NCBI GenBank assembly: GCA_964245355.1
Contig: CAXTMT010000001.1
Location: forward strand, 15,895 to 79,894
Direction: 5' to 3'
Source of the DNA: an uncultured Sphingomonadaceae bacterium
Lineage (GTDB): Bacteria; Pseudomonadota; Alphaproteobacteria; Sphingomonadales; Sphingomonadaceae
Length of the DNA: 64,000 bases
A model generated the notes under the pieces. The model saw nothing but the letters and a program-made list of their open reading frames with translations, was not told the DNA's origin and did no database searches. Position 1 is the stretch's first letter, and every line of letters begins with the position of its first letter. Positions 20,880 to 30,124 of this stretch are shown in pieces. Position numbers and translations under genes: made by a program.

Positions 20880-22124
20880 ATGAAGAAGCAGGAACCGACG
20901 GCCGGCTTTCGCAATGCGGGGTGGACGATGGGCCAGCTCCCGGAGACCACCGCGGTGTCGGTGCACCCGCTGCGGACCGCCGACGATGCGGCTGTCAACG
21001 GATTTCTGTATTCTGCGGGACCTTCGCGCGTCGTTGCGTGCATCATGCATCCTCGCGAATTCCTCGCCAGCCATTACCTCGTTCCCGAACTGCTCCAATC
21101 CGGCTATGCGGTATTCACCCAGACCTCGCGGTCTGTCGGGTCCGACCTTCGCCTCGAACACGAGATCGCGCTTCTGGACGTCGCCGCCGGTCTCACGTTC
21201 TTGAGAAGCATCGGCTTTGAAAAGATCGTCCTGATCGGAAATTCGGGAGGCGCGAGCCTTTACACTTTCTACAATCAGCAGTCCCTTCTTGCTGCGGAAA
21301 AACGGTACCAGAAAACCCCGGGTGGACGCCCGACCGGTCTATCCAGTCTCGAAATGCCGCAGGCCGACGGACTTATCTTGGTATCTCCCCACCCCGGCCA
21401 GGGTGTCGTGCTGATGAATTGCATCGACCCGTCGGTGATCGACGAGGCCGATCCGCTTTCCGTCGATCCCGCGCTGGATTTCCTAGATCCGAGCAATGGC
21501 TATCGCCCGCCGCCCGACGTCTCGCATTATTCCGCGGCGTTTTTGGAATCCTTCCGCACGGCGCAGCATGAACGCGTCGCCCGCCTCGATGCCCGCGCCA
21601 ACGACATGATCGCCCGCCGCCTCTCGGCCAGGACGCGCGCGAAGACCGGCGGTGGACGGTCGGATCGCATCCAGGGCGCGCACACCGGCGCCATGACCAT
21701 ATGGCGCACGGACGCGGATCTGCGTTGTTGGGATTTGTCCATCGACCCATCCGACCGCCTCCTGGGATCGATCTGGAGCAACGATCCCTACGCCACCAAT
21801 TTCGGCGTCGTCGGCTTCGCCCGGTTTTGTACACCGGAGGCATGGCTATCAACCTGGTCCGGGATCTCGTCGCGAGCGAACATGTTCGTTACAGCACGAT
21901 CGATCGAGCAGCCGCTTCTGCTCGTGGAATACAGCGGTGACCAGATCGTATTTCCCAGCGACGTCGAACGCATCTACGGTGCCATTCCGTCATCCGATCG
22001 GACCCGGCTTCGCTTTCGCGGCGATCATCATGGACAGCCGCTCGCGGAGGGCGAGACGCCCGGCAGACTCGACGCGGGGCAGGCTATCAGGGACTGGCTT
22101 CCGGAGCGTTTCCCTCGGACGTGA
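20880..22124 (+). CDS. Alpha/beta-hydrolase fold protein
   Basis: Nucleophile elbow GNSGG, later GDQ Asp and GDHHG His. Confidence 0.8.
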   Translation: MKKQEPTAGFRNAGWTMGQLPETTAVSVHPLRTADDAAVNGFLYSAGPSRVVACIMHPREFLASHYLVPELLQSGYAVFTQTSRSVGSDLRLEHEIALLDVAAGLTFLRSIGFEKIVLIGNSGGASLYTFYNQQSLLAAEKRYQKTPGGRPTGLSSLEMPQADGLILVSPHPGQGVVLMNCIDPSVIDEADPLSVDPALDFLDPSNGYRPPPDVSHYSAAFLESFRTAQHERVARLDARANDMIARRLSARTRAKTGGGRSDRIQGAHTGAMTIWRTDADLRCWDLSIDPSDRLLGSIWSNDPYATNFGVVGFARFCTPEAWLSTWSGISSRANMFVTARSIEQPLLLVEYSGDQIVFPSDVERIYGAIPSSDRTRLRFRGDHHGQPLAEGETPGRLDAGQAIRDWLPERFPRT

Positions 22125-22966
22125 AGGCGATCTTGCCCACTGCGTATCAAGCCCGCTATGACGCTCGCATGTCGAAACGCCGGATGGAGCTTGGAACGGA
22201 AATGGCTGTCTCTCCCCCTCGACGCCTGCGCAAAAAAGACGGCGGCCATAAGCATCTCGTGCGGGCCGCCCGCGACGGTGAACCGGCAACGGGCGCGCGG
22301 CGGGAGCTTCTTGCCGCAAAGGTCCTCGACACCGCCGCTGTCCTGTTTGCTTCCCAGGGCTTCGCGGCCACGAGCCTGAAGGATGTCGCGGACGCCGTCG
22401 GTCTGCGGCGATCGTCCATCTATTACTACTACCCGGACAAGGACTCATTGTTGAGGGAGCTGATTCAGGGCGCCACGTCGCCGGTGATGAAACTCTTTCA
22501 GGAAGTTGCGAAGGAACGCTTGCCTCCGCTCGCCGCCATCCGGGAAGTGGTGCGGCGACTCGTCCTTTGGGTCGCGGACCCTCGCACGCATTTCAGGCTT
22601 ATGGATCGCAGCGAAGCTGATCTACCGGACACGATCGCAGCCATGCATAAAAAGGCCAAGCGCCATGTACTCGCCGAGATGATCAAGCTGATCGAAGATG
22701 CGGTATCGGCGGGCGAGGCGCGTTCCGCCGATCTGCGGATTTGCGCGCTTTCCATCCTCGGTATGACGATGTGGACGGCGTGGTGGTTTCAACCGGAACA
22801 TGGACGATCGTTGGAGGACGTCGCAGCCGAGATTGCCGATAACGCAATCGCGTTGGTGAAGCGCACCAGACCGGCGGAAAAGATCACTGCGGTCTCCGAT
22901 CTGACACGCGAAATTCGCGAGAATCTCTCGCTCATCGACCGCATGACGACAAACGACGGCCGCTAG
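22121..22966 (+). CDS. TetR/AcrR family regulator
   Basis: AAVLFASQGFAATSLKDVADAVGL.RSSIYYYYPDK; WTAWWF C-domain; start uncertain. Confidence 0.92.
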   Translation: MKAILPTAYQARYDARMSKRRMELGTEMAVSPPRRLRKKDGGHKHLVRAARDGEPATGARRELLAAKVLDTAAVLFASQGFAATSLKDVADAVGLRRSSIYYYYPDKDSLLRELIQGATSPVMKLFQEVAKERLPPLAAIREVVRRLVLWVADPRTHFRLMDRSEADLPDTIAAMHKKAKRHVLAEMIKLIEDAVSAGEARSADLRICALSILGMTMWTAWWFQPEHGRSLEDVAAEIADNAIALVKRTRPAEKITAVSDLTREIRENLSLIDRMTTNDGR

Positions 22967-23067
22967 CGCGCGATGACGTCTCTTCGAATCGTCATCCCGC
23001 TTTATCCTTATATTCGGGCATGATCTTTTTCGGAAAACCGGGTCCCACTTTTCAGGATCATGCTCTA
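22964..23067 (+). repeat. ~100-bp palindromic intergenic repeat, copy 2, flanked by TA
   Basis: TA-GCGCGCGATGAC..GAATCGTCATCCCGCT..GGCATGATC..GATCATGCTC-TA between two convergent stop codons. Confidence 0.88.
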
Positions 23068-23334
23068 ACGCGCGACGACCGGTTCATTCGTCGGCGCCAG
23101 CCTGATGCGATCGGCGTCAAACGCGACGATCTTGCCGTCGAGCCCTCCGGTCAGGCAACCAAACCATACCGCCTCTCCGAGGCCTGTCGCGGCCCTGCTG
23201 ATCTCAACTTCACCATCATACTGTACGAAAATATAGCCGCGCTTGGGCGCATACACTCTGCAAAGCTCGATTTTCCTTGCCGCCGTCACGACCGGCGCAA
23301 ACTCCGGAACGTCGAGAACGTAGAACCCGCTCAA
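23065..23334 (-). CDS. Small hypothetical protein coupled to the VOC gene
   Basis: 89 aa; TTG start overlaps the TGA of the VOC gene (TTGA); VLDVPEF and AVWFGCLTGGLDG motifs. Confidence 0.7.
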   Translation of the reverse strand: MSGFYVLDVPEFAPVVTAARKIELCRVYAPKRGYIFVQYDGEVEISRAATGLGEAVWFGCLTGGLDGKIVAFDADRIRLAPTNEPVVAR

Positions 23335-23951
23335 GACGCCATCTCATCGCCGCGCTGGTAACTTGCCACCCGTTCGGCCTTTATCCGCCAGAGTTGTTCA
23401 ATGCTTTCCCACCCGCCGCCGTCGGCCAATTGAAGCGCCGCAGCAATGGTGAGTTCGGCATCGATGCCATCGATCCGTTCGACGGCGCGCAAGGGCCGCG
23501 TGATCTCCAACGGATAGAAATTGGGATCGCGGAAGTAAATCGATTCCAGGGTTTCGTGTTTGATCGACTGGCTGACCTGGATGCCGGCGGCTTCGAGCCG
23601 CTCCTGCCAGGCGAGCAGTTCGTCTTCGGTTTCGACGCGCCAGGCCGTGTGGTTGGCCATCGCCATGTAGCCGCGCGGCACGGCGAGCTCCGGCGGCTGC
23701 TCGGTCCCTATGTAGTAAAAGAAAGCGATGGTGCTGCCTTTTCCCGCATCGAAAAAGAAATGAATGAAGTCGGCATGTTTTTCCTTGGCACGGCCCCAAC
23801 CTTTCGCGGTTATGGCGTGCACGAGCGGCAGACCAAGCTTGTCGCGATAGAACTCGATCGTTTCGCGCAATTTCCAGGTCGGGCGGGCGCTATGGTCCAC
23901 GCCGTTGAGGGTGAGTGCCCGCCGGTCTGCAAGTTCGCCGCGGATGGCCAT
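23331..23951 (-). CDS. VOC (glyoxalase/bleomycin resistance/dioxygenase) family protein
   Basis: GVDHSA, FY.DKLGL, HFFFD.G.GSTIAFF, NHTAW, SIYFRDPN..PLE; start uncertain (23951-24014). Confidence 0.85.
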   Translation of the reverse strand: MAIRGELADRRALTLNGVDHSARPTWKLRETIEFYRDKLGLPLVHAITAKGWGRAKEKHADFIHFFFDAGKGSTIAFFYYIGTEQPPELAVPRGYMAMANHTAWRVETEDELLAWQERLEAAGIQVSQSIKHETLESIYFRDPNFYPLEITRPLRAVERIDGIDAELTIAAALQLADGGGWESIEQLWRIKAERVASYQRGDEMAS

Positions 23952-24064
23952 CGAGAATATCCATTGCTCGTCTGTATCAAGATCGAGCATTGCTTGTTTC
24001 GACGATTGTGTCAATATATCAACGATTGTGACGATCTTGTCTTTCCGTTGTCAGGAAACTTTCG

Positions 24065-25213
24065 ATGTCGAAAATCGCCGTGGTCGGCGGCGGGCCCGCG
24101 GGTTTGCTTTTCGCCAAACTGGTCAAGCAGGCCGATCGTGCCCACGAGGTTGACGTATTCGAGCAAAATTCGTCCGGAGCGACCTACGGATTTGGCGTCG
24201 TGCTTTCCGATATCGCCCTGGATATCCTGGACGGCGTCGATCCTGACTTGCGTCGTCAGATATCCGAGATCGCCGAGTTTCAGGACCGCATCGTTCTCGT
24301 GCATAGAGGCGACAGTATTTCGCTAAAGGGCAATGGCTTCCTGGGTATCAGTCGCGTCAAGCTGCTCCGGCTCATGCAAGACAATGCGACGCGGGCTGGC
24401 GCACGGATTCAATTTGAAAGCAGGATATCGGACGCCCGCTCGCTCGGAAGCTACGATCTCATCGTTGGGGCTGACGGCGTCAACAGCACGGTGCGAAGCT
24501 CGCTGAATGAACATTTCGAAGCCACAAAGGAACCCCGCCTCAACAAATGGGTCTGGTATGCTACGCCAAAACGCCTGAATTCCGTCGGCCTGATTTTCAA
24601 GGAAACAAAGTTCGGAACGTTCATCGCGCACAGTTATCGATTCTCGCCCGACTTTGGCACGTTCGTCATTGAATGCCGCGAGGAAAGCTGGCGCAAAGCC
24701 GGGCTGGACAAGGCGAGCGACGAGCAGAGCCGGACGATCTGCGCCGAGATTTTCGCAGACTTCCTCGATGGCGCGCCTCTTATTTCGAACCGTTCGCTCT
24801 GGTTCAATCCCGAATTCGTCACGAGCAGGAACTGGCACTATAAGAATGTCGTGCTCATCGGAGACGCGTTGAAGACGGTGCATCCATCGATCGGCTCTGG
24901 CACGCGCGTGGCATTGCAGGATGCGGTGGCCCTCGCCACGGCGTTCGAGAGATGCGGAGGCGATATCCCGGCTGCATTCGAGAGTTTCGAACTCGCGCGC
25001 AAGACCGGCGCCGATACGTTCCAGAGCGCCGCGATGAAAAGCATCCTGTGGTACGAGTCGGTCGACCAGAAGATGCATCTAGAGCCGGTCGCATTCGCGT
25101 ATGATTACATGATGCGAACAGGACGCGTGAATCACGAGCGGCTGCGGCGCATTGATCCCGAGTTTGCAGACCTCGTGGATCGTCACAATCTGTTATCGAC
25201 AGGGTCGACTTGA
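24065..25213 (+). CDS. FAD-dependent monooxygenase resembling the N-terminal hydroxylase domain of salicylyl-CoA/anthraniloyl-CoA monooxygenases
   Basis: GGGPAGL, EQN..GATYGFGVVLSD, GADGVNS.VR, GDALKTVHPSIGSGTRVA.QDA; 382 aa, no fused OYE reductase. Confidence 0.85.
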   Translation: MSKIAVVGGGPAGLLFAKLVKQADRAHEVDVFEQNSSGATYGFGVVLSDIALDILDGVDPDLRRQISEIAEFQDRIVLVHRGDSISLKGNGFLGISRVKLLRLMQDNATRAGARIQFESRISDARSLGSYDLIVGADGVNSTVRSSLNEHFEATKEPRLNKWVWYATPKRLNSVGLIFKETKFGTFIAHSYRFSPDFGTFVIECREESWRKAGLDKASDEQSRTICAEIFADFLDGAPLISNRSLWFNPEFVTSRNWHYKNVVLIGDALKTVHPSIGSGTRVALQDAVALATAFERCGGDIPAAFESFELARKTGADTFQSAAMKSILWYESVDQKMHLEPVAFAYDYMMRTGRVNHERLRRIDPEFADLVDRHNLLSTGST

Positions 25214-25283
25214 CGTAAAGGGCAAGCAGAAACGCGCGGCTTGCCGCGCACATGCCCTCGAATGAGCGAGACCCGCCGGATAA

Positions 25284-26198
25284 CTACCTGTCGACCGAAA
25301 GTTGCAGGACAAAACCCAACTGCTCTTGGTGAAATCGGGCGGCGACCGAGTGGAAATCGATGCAATGTCCCGCCTTTCGAAACAACCGGGCGTCGACCGA
25401 GGCGGCATTTGTAAACGCCTCGGCGAAGCCCTGCACCTGCGCGTCATCGACGATCCAAAGCCGGTCGAATTCGGCTTGCCTGTAATGTACAGGTACTTCA
25501 ACCTTTGCCGTGACGTCACGGACGACGCGCGGCCAGGTGCCGGTAATATCGATCAGTTCGGCACGGGGGCATGTCGTATTCGCCACATGACTGGCGGCCG
25601 GCATGTCCTTCTCGAAAGTGTCCGGTGGCCCGAACATGACGATGTCCTTGATTTCGGTCGGCAGACTCACCAATCCCTCCGGCAGAGCCGCCCAACGGGC
25701 GTCGTCGCCTGGAGCGACGCTCAAGCCCACGCCGGAAATGGCGATCCCCAGGAGGGGCCAGGATGTTTTGCGGGCCGCCATTGTGACAACGGTTGCACCA
25801 CCGATCGAATGTCCAATCAGAACCACGCCGCTGACCGAGGCTTGCCTTTGCTCCCAAAGTTTTCCGACCGCTGGAAGCAGCACGTCCGCGTTGCGGGCAA
25901 TCGTCGATTCGTTTGCCGCGAGCGGGGTGCTGAGGCCGTACGAGGGCCTGTCGAGCGCAATGATGGGAATTCCGTAACTGTCGCCCGCCTCGAGAAACGA
26001 GTAACCCGGAACGTCGAAGTACGCGGAACTGTACGTTCCTCCGTGAATGGCGACCACCAGTGGAGGTTTGCCGGACGGCGTCCAGCCGGCAGTCTTGTTC
26101 ATTCGTCCGGAGAACGACCGGCCATCACACTCAACGACAATCGCCGACTCGAACGTGGTAGCACCGTTATTCTTGTCAGCCGTGATTTCCGTCATCAT
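25284..26198 (-). CDS. Alpha/beta-hydrolase (possible thioesterase)
   Basis: HGG, DRPSYG, GHSIGG, AGHC; GGAGG RBS before ATG 26198. Confidence 0.85.
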   Translation of the reverse strand: MMTEITADKNNGATTFESAIVVECDGRSFSGRMNKTAGWTPSGKPPLVVAIHGGTYSSAYFDVPGYSFLEAGDSYGIPIIALDRPSYGLSTPLAANESTIARNADVLLPAVGKLWEQRQASVSGVVLIGHSIGGATVVTMAARKTSWPLLGIAISGVGLSVAPGDDARWAALPEGLVSLPTEIKDIVMFGPPDTFEKDMPAASHVANTTCPRAELIDITGTWPRVVRDVTAKVEVPVHYRQAEFDRLWIVDDAQVQGFAEAFTNAASVDARLFRKAGHCIDFHSVAARFHQEQLGFVLQLSVDR

Positions 26199-26678
26199 CG
26201 CCTCCGGTCCTTGAGATCGATCGCTCCCCATGGGCACGTTTTGCTTCGAGTTCATCCGAATGCTTGCGCCGAGGTAAGATGGCAGAAAACTCATCGCGAT
26301 AGAAAAATGTTATCGCCTCATCGTTGGGTATCGCTGATATTCGGATGCGGCCGGACCGCCAAAACCACAAAGACGCTGCACCGCCAAAAAGACAAAGACG
26401 ATGCGCGATGTTCCGGTACCGTGCCGGAATGACGACACGCAGATGGTGGAGTAGTTGCTACCTGGATCAGACACCGAGCAAATTCAGAAACAGGGATCGA
26501 TTCGTCGAGGCGTCCGGGCTCGGCCTGTCATGACGAATCAGCCCGACGTTCCGCCGAAGAGTCGTCATGATCTCTCGGGAGACCAGATCGATGTCGGTGT
26601 CGGCTGTAGTCCGACTATCGGCATCGAACGGGTCGGCCGATTCATCAATCGGCTGCGGCCGACGATAATCTTCTTTAT

Positions 26679-26708
26679 TTGACAAAAACTTTTTTCTGGG
26701 TTGAATCA
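26679..26708 (+). promoter_or_regulatory. Candidate sigma70 promoter of the extradiol dioxygenase gene
   Basis: Perfect TTGACA at 26679-84, AT-rich spacer, weak -10, strong AGGAGG RBS downstream. Confidence 0.45.
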
Positions 26709-26732
26709 TCAAAAAAGAGGAGGGTTTGAGAC

Positions 26733-27686
26733 ATGACGGAAATCAAGGGTTTCATTAAACCGTCCCGTCGCCCCGGAGAACTCGGCGTTCATTCGCTGGA
26801 TCATTTTCATCTGGCAGTTCCTGATTTGGCGGTAGCGAAGAGTTTTTATTCCGCGTTTGGCCTGGACGTTCACGAAACCGCAAATGCCCTGGGGCTGGGC
26901 ACGTTCAATCATCCTCAAATTTGGGGATCGGTCGGCGAGGGCCCGCGCAAGAAACACGAGTATCTGTCTTTCGGTGCCTTCGAAGACGACATCGATCGTT
27001 TCGCCGACAGACTGCGGTCGCTGGGAATAAAGCGGCTTGATCCACCTCCGGGTATTCAATCGAACGGGATCTGGTTTCACGACCACGATGGTAACTTCGT
27101 CGAGATAAAGGTCGCTCCGAAATCGTCTCCGGACGAAAAATCTTCCTTTGGTGCGCGGGAGAGTAGTCCGGGGGTCAGGACGACACCGTTCCGAAGCAAG
27201 ATCGCACGCGTTCATCCGCGGCGCCTTGCCCACATCCTGATGTTCACGACCGACGTGGAAAAGGCGATCGATTTTTATACCCGCGTTCTCGGACTTCGCC
27301 TGTCCGACCGTTCGGGCGACAACATCGCATTTCTGCATGGCGTTCACGGCAGCGATCACCACCTCATCGCTTTTGCGAGATCCAACGCGCCCGGTCTGCA
27401 CCATTTGAGCTGGGACGTCGGGACGGTCGACGAAATCGGCGAAGGTGCGATGCACATGCACGATAAAGGCTTCAAGAAGGGTTGGGGCCTCGGACGGCAC
27501 GTGTTGGGATCAAACTTTTTCCATTACGTGCAGGATCCTTGGGGAAGCTTCTGCGAGTACTCGGCGGACATCGACTACGTTCCCGTTCAATGCGACTGGC
27601 CGGCAGGAGACCATCCCGGCGAAGACGCTTTCTATGCCTGGGGTCCGGACGTACCGGCCGACTTCGTCCACAACTACGAGGCGTGA
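26733..27686 (+). CDS. Two-domain VOC protein, type I extradiol dioxygenase-like
   Basis: RLAHIL, DHHLIAF, LHHLSW, WGLGRHVLGSNFFHYVQDPWG.FCEY: His/His/Glu metal triad plus active-site His/Tyr. Confidence 0.88.
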   Translation: MTEIKGFIKPSRRPGELGVHSLDHFHLAVPDLAVAKSFYSAFGLDVHETANALGLGTFNHPQIWGSVGEGPRKKHEYLSFGAFEDDIDRFADRLRSLGIKRLDPPPGIQSNGIWFHDHDGNFVEIKVAPKSSPDEKSSFGARESSPGVRTTPFRSKIARVHPRRLAHILMFTTDVEKAIDFYTRVLGLRLSDRSGDNIAFLHGVHGSDHHLIAFARSNAPGLHHLSWDVGTVDEIGEGAMHMHDKGFKKGWGLGRHVLGSNFFHYVQDPWGSFCEYSADIDYVPVQCDWPAGDHPGEDAFYAWGPDVPADFVHNYEA

Positions 27687-27771
27687 CCGGGCCGGCTGGT
27701 GATCCGCGAAGCGGACCGCGGCGTCTGGTACTTCCGCGGCATCGGATGAACGGTCGCGGCCGTGACGAAGG

Positions 27772-28608
27772 TCAGACCAGCCGCTGCTTCTGACGACCAA
27801 GCGGTCCGCCGTCCAGCTCCATCACGTCGCCCCGCTTGAGGAATGTCGGCGGCCGCATGCCCAATCCGACGCCTTCCGGCGTGCCGGTCACGATCAGATC
27901 GCCGGGCAGCAACGTCATGAATTGGCTGATATAGGAGACGATCTGCGCGACGGAAAAGATCATGTCGCTCGTATTGCTCTTCTGCCGGACCTCGCCATTG
28001 ACGCTGAGTTGCAAAGGCACGTTTTGAGGGTCGGGCAAGTCGTCTTTTGTCACCAGCCAGGGACCGATCGGGCCGAATCCGTCGAAGCTTTTTCCCTTGC
28101 TCCACTGTCCCGAGCGGTTCGCTTGCCAATCCCGCTCGGAGATATCGTTCGCCAAGCAGTAGCCAGCCACGTGTCCGAGCGCGTCCTCGACCCGGACTCG
28201 CGTCGCCTGCTCGGAGACGAAGATGCCGAGTTCGATTTCCCAGTCGACTTTTTCAGCGCCTTCAGGCGAACGAACGGGGTCGTCCGGACCGGCGATGCAG
28301 GTGATCGCCTTCGAGAATACCACCGGCTCGCGCGGAATCTCCATGCCTGCCTCTTCAGCATGGCGGCGGTAGTTGAGCCCGACGGCGATGAACTGCCTGA
28401 TCCCGGCAACGGGCGGACCGATCCGGGCATCGGGCGGGACCGGCGGAAGCTTTTCAAGATCGATCGCGCCCAGCGCCGACAAGCGATGGCTTTGAAGCCA
28501 ATGCGGGGTAATATCAGGCACCAGCACGGACAGATCCCGCATGATTCCCGATCGATCCAGCGCGCCAGCCTGTTCATGTCCCGCTTGGCCATGCCTGAAC
28601 AGCTTCAT
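27772..28608 (-). CDS. Fumarylacetoacetate hydrolase family protein
   Basis: VGLNY..H, DWEIEL, ANDISERD, KGKSFD, TLLPGDLIVTGTPEGVG. Confidence 0.92.
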   Translation of the reverse strand: MKLFRHGQAGHEQAGALDRSGIMRDLSVLVPDITPHWLQSHRLSALGAIDLEKLPPVPPDARIGPPVAGIRQFIAVGLNYRRHAEEAGMEIPREPVVFSKAITCIAGPDDPVRSPEGAEKVDWEIELGIFVSEQATRVRVEDALGHVAGYCLANDISERDWQANRSGQWSKGKSFDGFGPIGPWLVTKDDLPDPQNVPLQLSVNGEVRQKSNTSDMIFSVAQIVSYISQFMTLLPGDLIVTGTPEGVGLGMRPPTFLKRGDVMELDGGPLGRQKQRLV

Positions 28609-28666
28609 CGCGATGTCATCCTTTATAAGTCGCCCTTCCATCGTTATATCATAGAACTTTAGGTCG

Positions 28667-28680
28667 AAAAATATATTTTT
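28667..28680. promoter_or_regulatory. Perfect 14-bp palindrome AAAAATATATTTTT, candidate GntR operator
   Basis: In the divergent FAH/GntR promoter region. Confidence 0.45.
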
Positions 28681-28741
28681 TGTGCTTGAAGGCCGTTCTG
28701 GGTAAGTCGTAGAGTTATTCCTCAATCATCATCGGACGCCG

Positions 28742-29479
28742 ATGCAGGTCAATTCCGAACAGAGCCCTGCCCTCACGCAAACCAGCCGCGTCTTTCATTC
28801 CGTGCGAGCCGATATTCTGGCGTGCCGAATTCTCCCCGGAGCCAAGCTTCGGATCGGCGAGGTGGGGCAGTCCCTCGACGTCAGTCTCGGTGCCGTACGG
28901 GAAGCGCTGTCGCGACTTGCGGCCGAAGGGCTGGTCATCGCTGAAAGTCAAAAAGGATTCCGCGTTTCGCCGCTGTCCCTGGAGTCGCTTCGCGATCTGA
29001 CCGACGCGAGAGTGGACATCGAGACGCTTTGCTTGAGGCGGGCTATTCAGCGGGGCGACCTTGACTGGGAAACCAACCTTGTCGCCGCTTGGCATCGGCT
29101 CGGGAGGATCGAGGAGCGCGCGCCCGGCGACATCGATCGTTTGTCAGACGCTTGGGCTATCGCGCATTCCGGCTTTCACGCGGCGTTGGTCCAAGCGTGC
29201 GGTTCGACGCGTCTGCTCGCCATTCGGCAACATCTTTACGAAGAATCCGAGCGATATCGACGTTACTCCGTGCCCGGATCGACGATCGAACGGGATGTCG
29301 CAGCCGAGCATAAGCGCATCTTCGACGCGGCCGTATCGCGCGATGGCGAAGGGGCGGCAAAGGCGATTTCGGATCACCTTCGGACCACCGAGCGAATAAT
29401 CCTGACGTCGCCGATACTGTCGAGGTCCAACGCTTATGGAAGAAACTATTCCGGAATATCAGGTCCCGACGACGAGTAA
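28742..29479 (+). CDS. GntR family (FCD domain) regulator
   Basis: PGAKL....VSLGAVREALSRL.AEGLV...QKGFRV; FH..L, EH..I FCD motifs. Confidence 0.92.
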   Translation: MQVNSEQSPALTQTSRVFHSVRADILACRILPGAKLRIGEVGQSLDVSLGAVREALSRLAAEGLVIAESQKGFRVSPLSLESLRDLTDARVDIETLCLRRAIQRGDLDWETNLVAAWHRLGRIEERAPGDIDRLSDAWAIAHSGFHAALVQACGSTRLLAIRQHLYEESERYRRYSVPGSTIERDVAAEHKRIFDAAVSRDGEGAAKAISDHLRTTERIILTSPILSRSNAYGRNYSGISGPDDE

Positions 29480-29512
29480 ACCTGCTCTTTTGGTCCCGCC
29501 TTGCGCGCGAAA

Positions 29513-29794
29513 TCAATCGGCCATGGCTTTTGAAGTTTCATCTGCCGACCGTCCGTCCAAAGCCGGCGACGTCAGCCTTACTCCCGGGCCCGGCCTCCCG
29601 ATGAATTCAACTCCCGCTTCTTCGAATGCGAATCTGAGCTTGTCCATCGTCTTGGTTCGCGCTGCAATTCGGCCCTCCAGGCCCTCGATGCGCCTGATCG
29701 TGGAGATCGCAACGCCGGCCGCCTTCGCCAGGTCAGCCTGCTCCCAGGCCAACAGCGATCGAGCCGCCCTGATCTGCCTGGTAAGAACGAGCAA
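29513..29794 (-). CDS. XRE-family HTH protein (paralog of 17171-17413)
   Basis: LTRQIRAARSLLAWEQADLA..AGVAISTIRRIE...AFEEAGVEF; TTG start with GGAGGAG RBS. Confidence 0.85.
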   Translation of the reverse strand: MLVLTRQIRAARSLLAWEQADLAKAAGVAISTIRRIEGLEGRIAARTKTMDKLRFAFEEAGVEFIGRPGPGVRLTSPALDGRSADETSKAMAD

Positions 29795-30124
29795 TGAACG
29801 CTCCTCCGCCAGCACGGCGAGCTCGGCAAAGCTTGAGGCTGCGCCTAGCGGATGCGTTGCTTTTGCTCTTCGATCATCCATGTCTGACCACGATACGTCC
29901 GGAGCGTCGAAGCGTGGCGCGCGCGCCGTCAGCGGCGGTCGTGGTCCGGTTCGCGCCGCACAAACGCTTGCAGAGCGTCCATCGAATACGCATTGGTGTC
30001 CCCTTAGGGCTGCATGCAGTCTTCAATCGGCTCGACGGCGATTCGCCTTCGGCAGACTAGGCCGCCGCCGCCGTGGCTCAGAAGATGGCAAATTGATCGG
30101 AGTGATAATCGCGGAGCATCGATC

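Noticed and set aside
26324-26712. Short ORFs or an sRNA in the 0.5-kb divergent intergenic region
   Set aside because: No convincing RBS, motif or terminator; cannot be supported without expression data.
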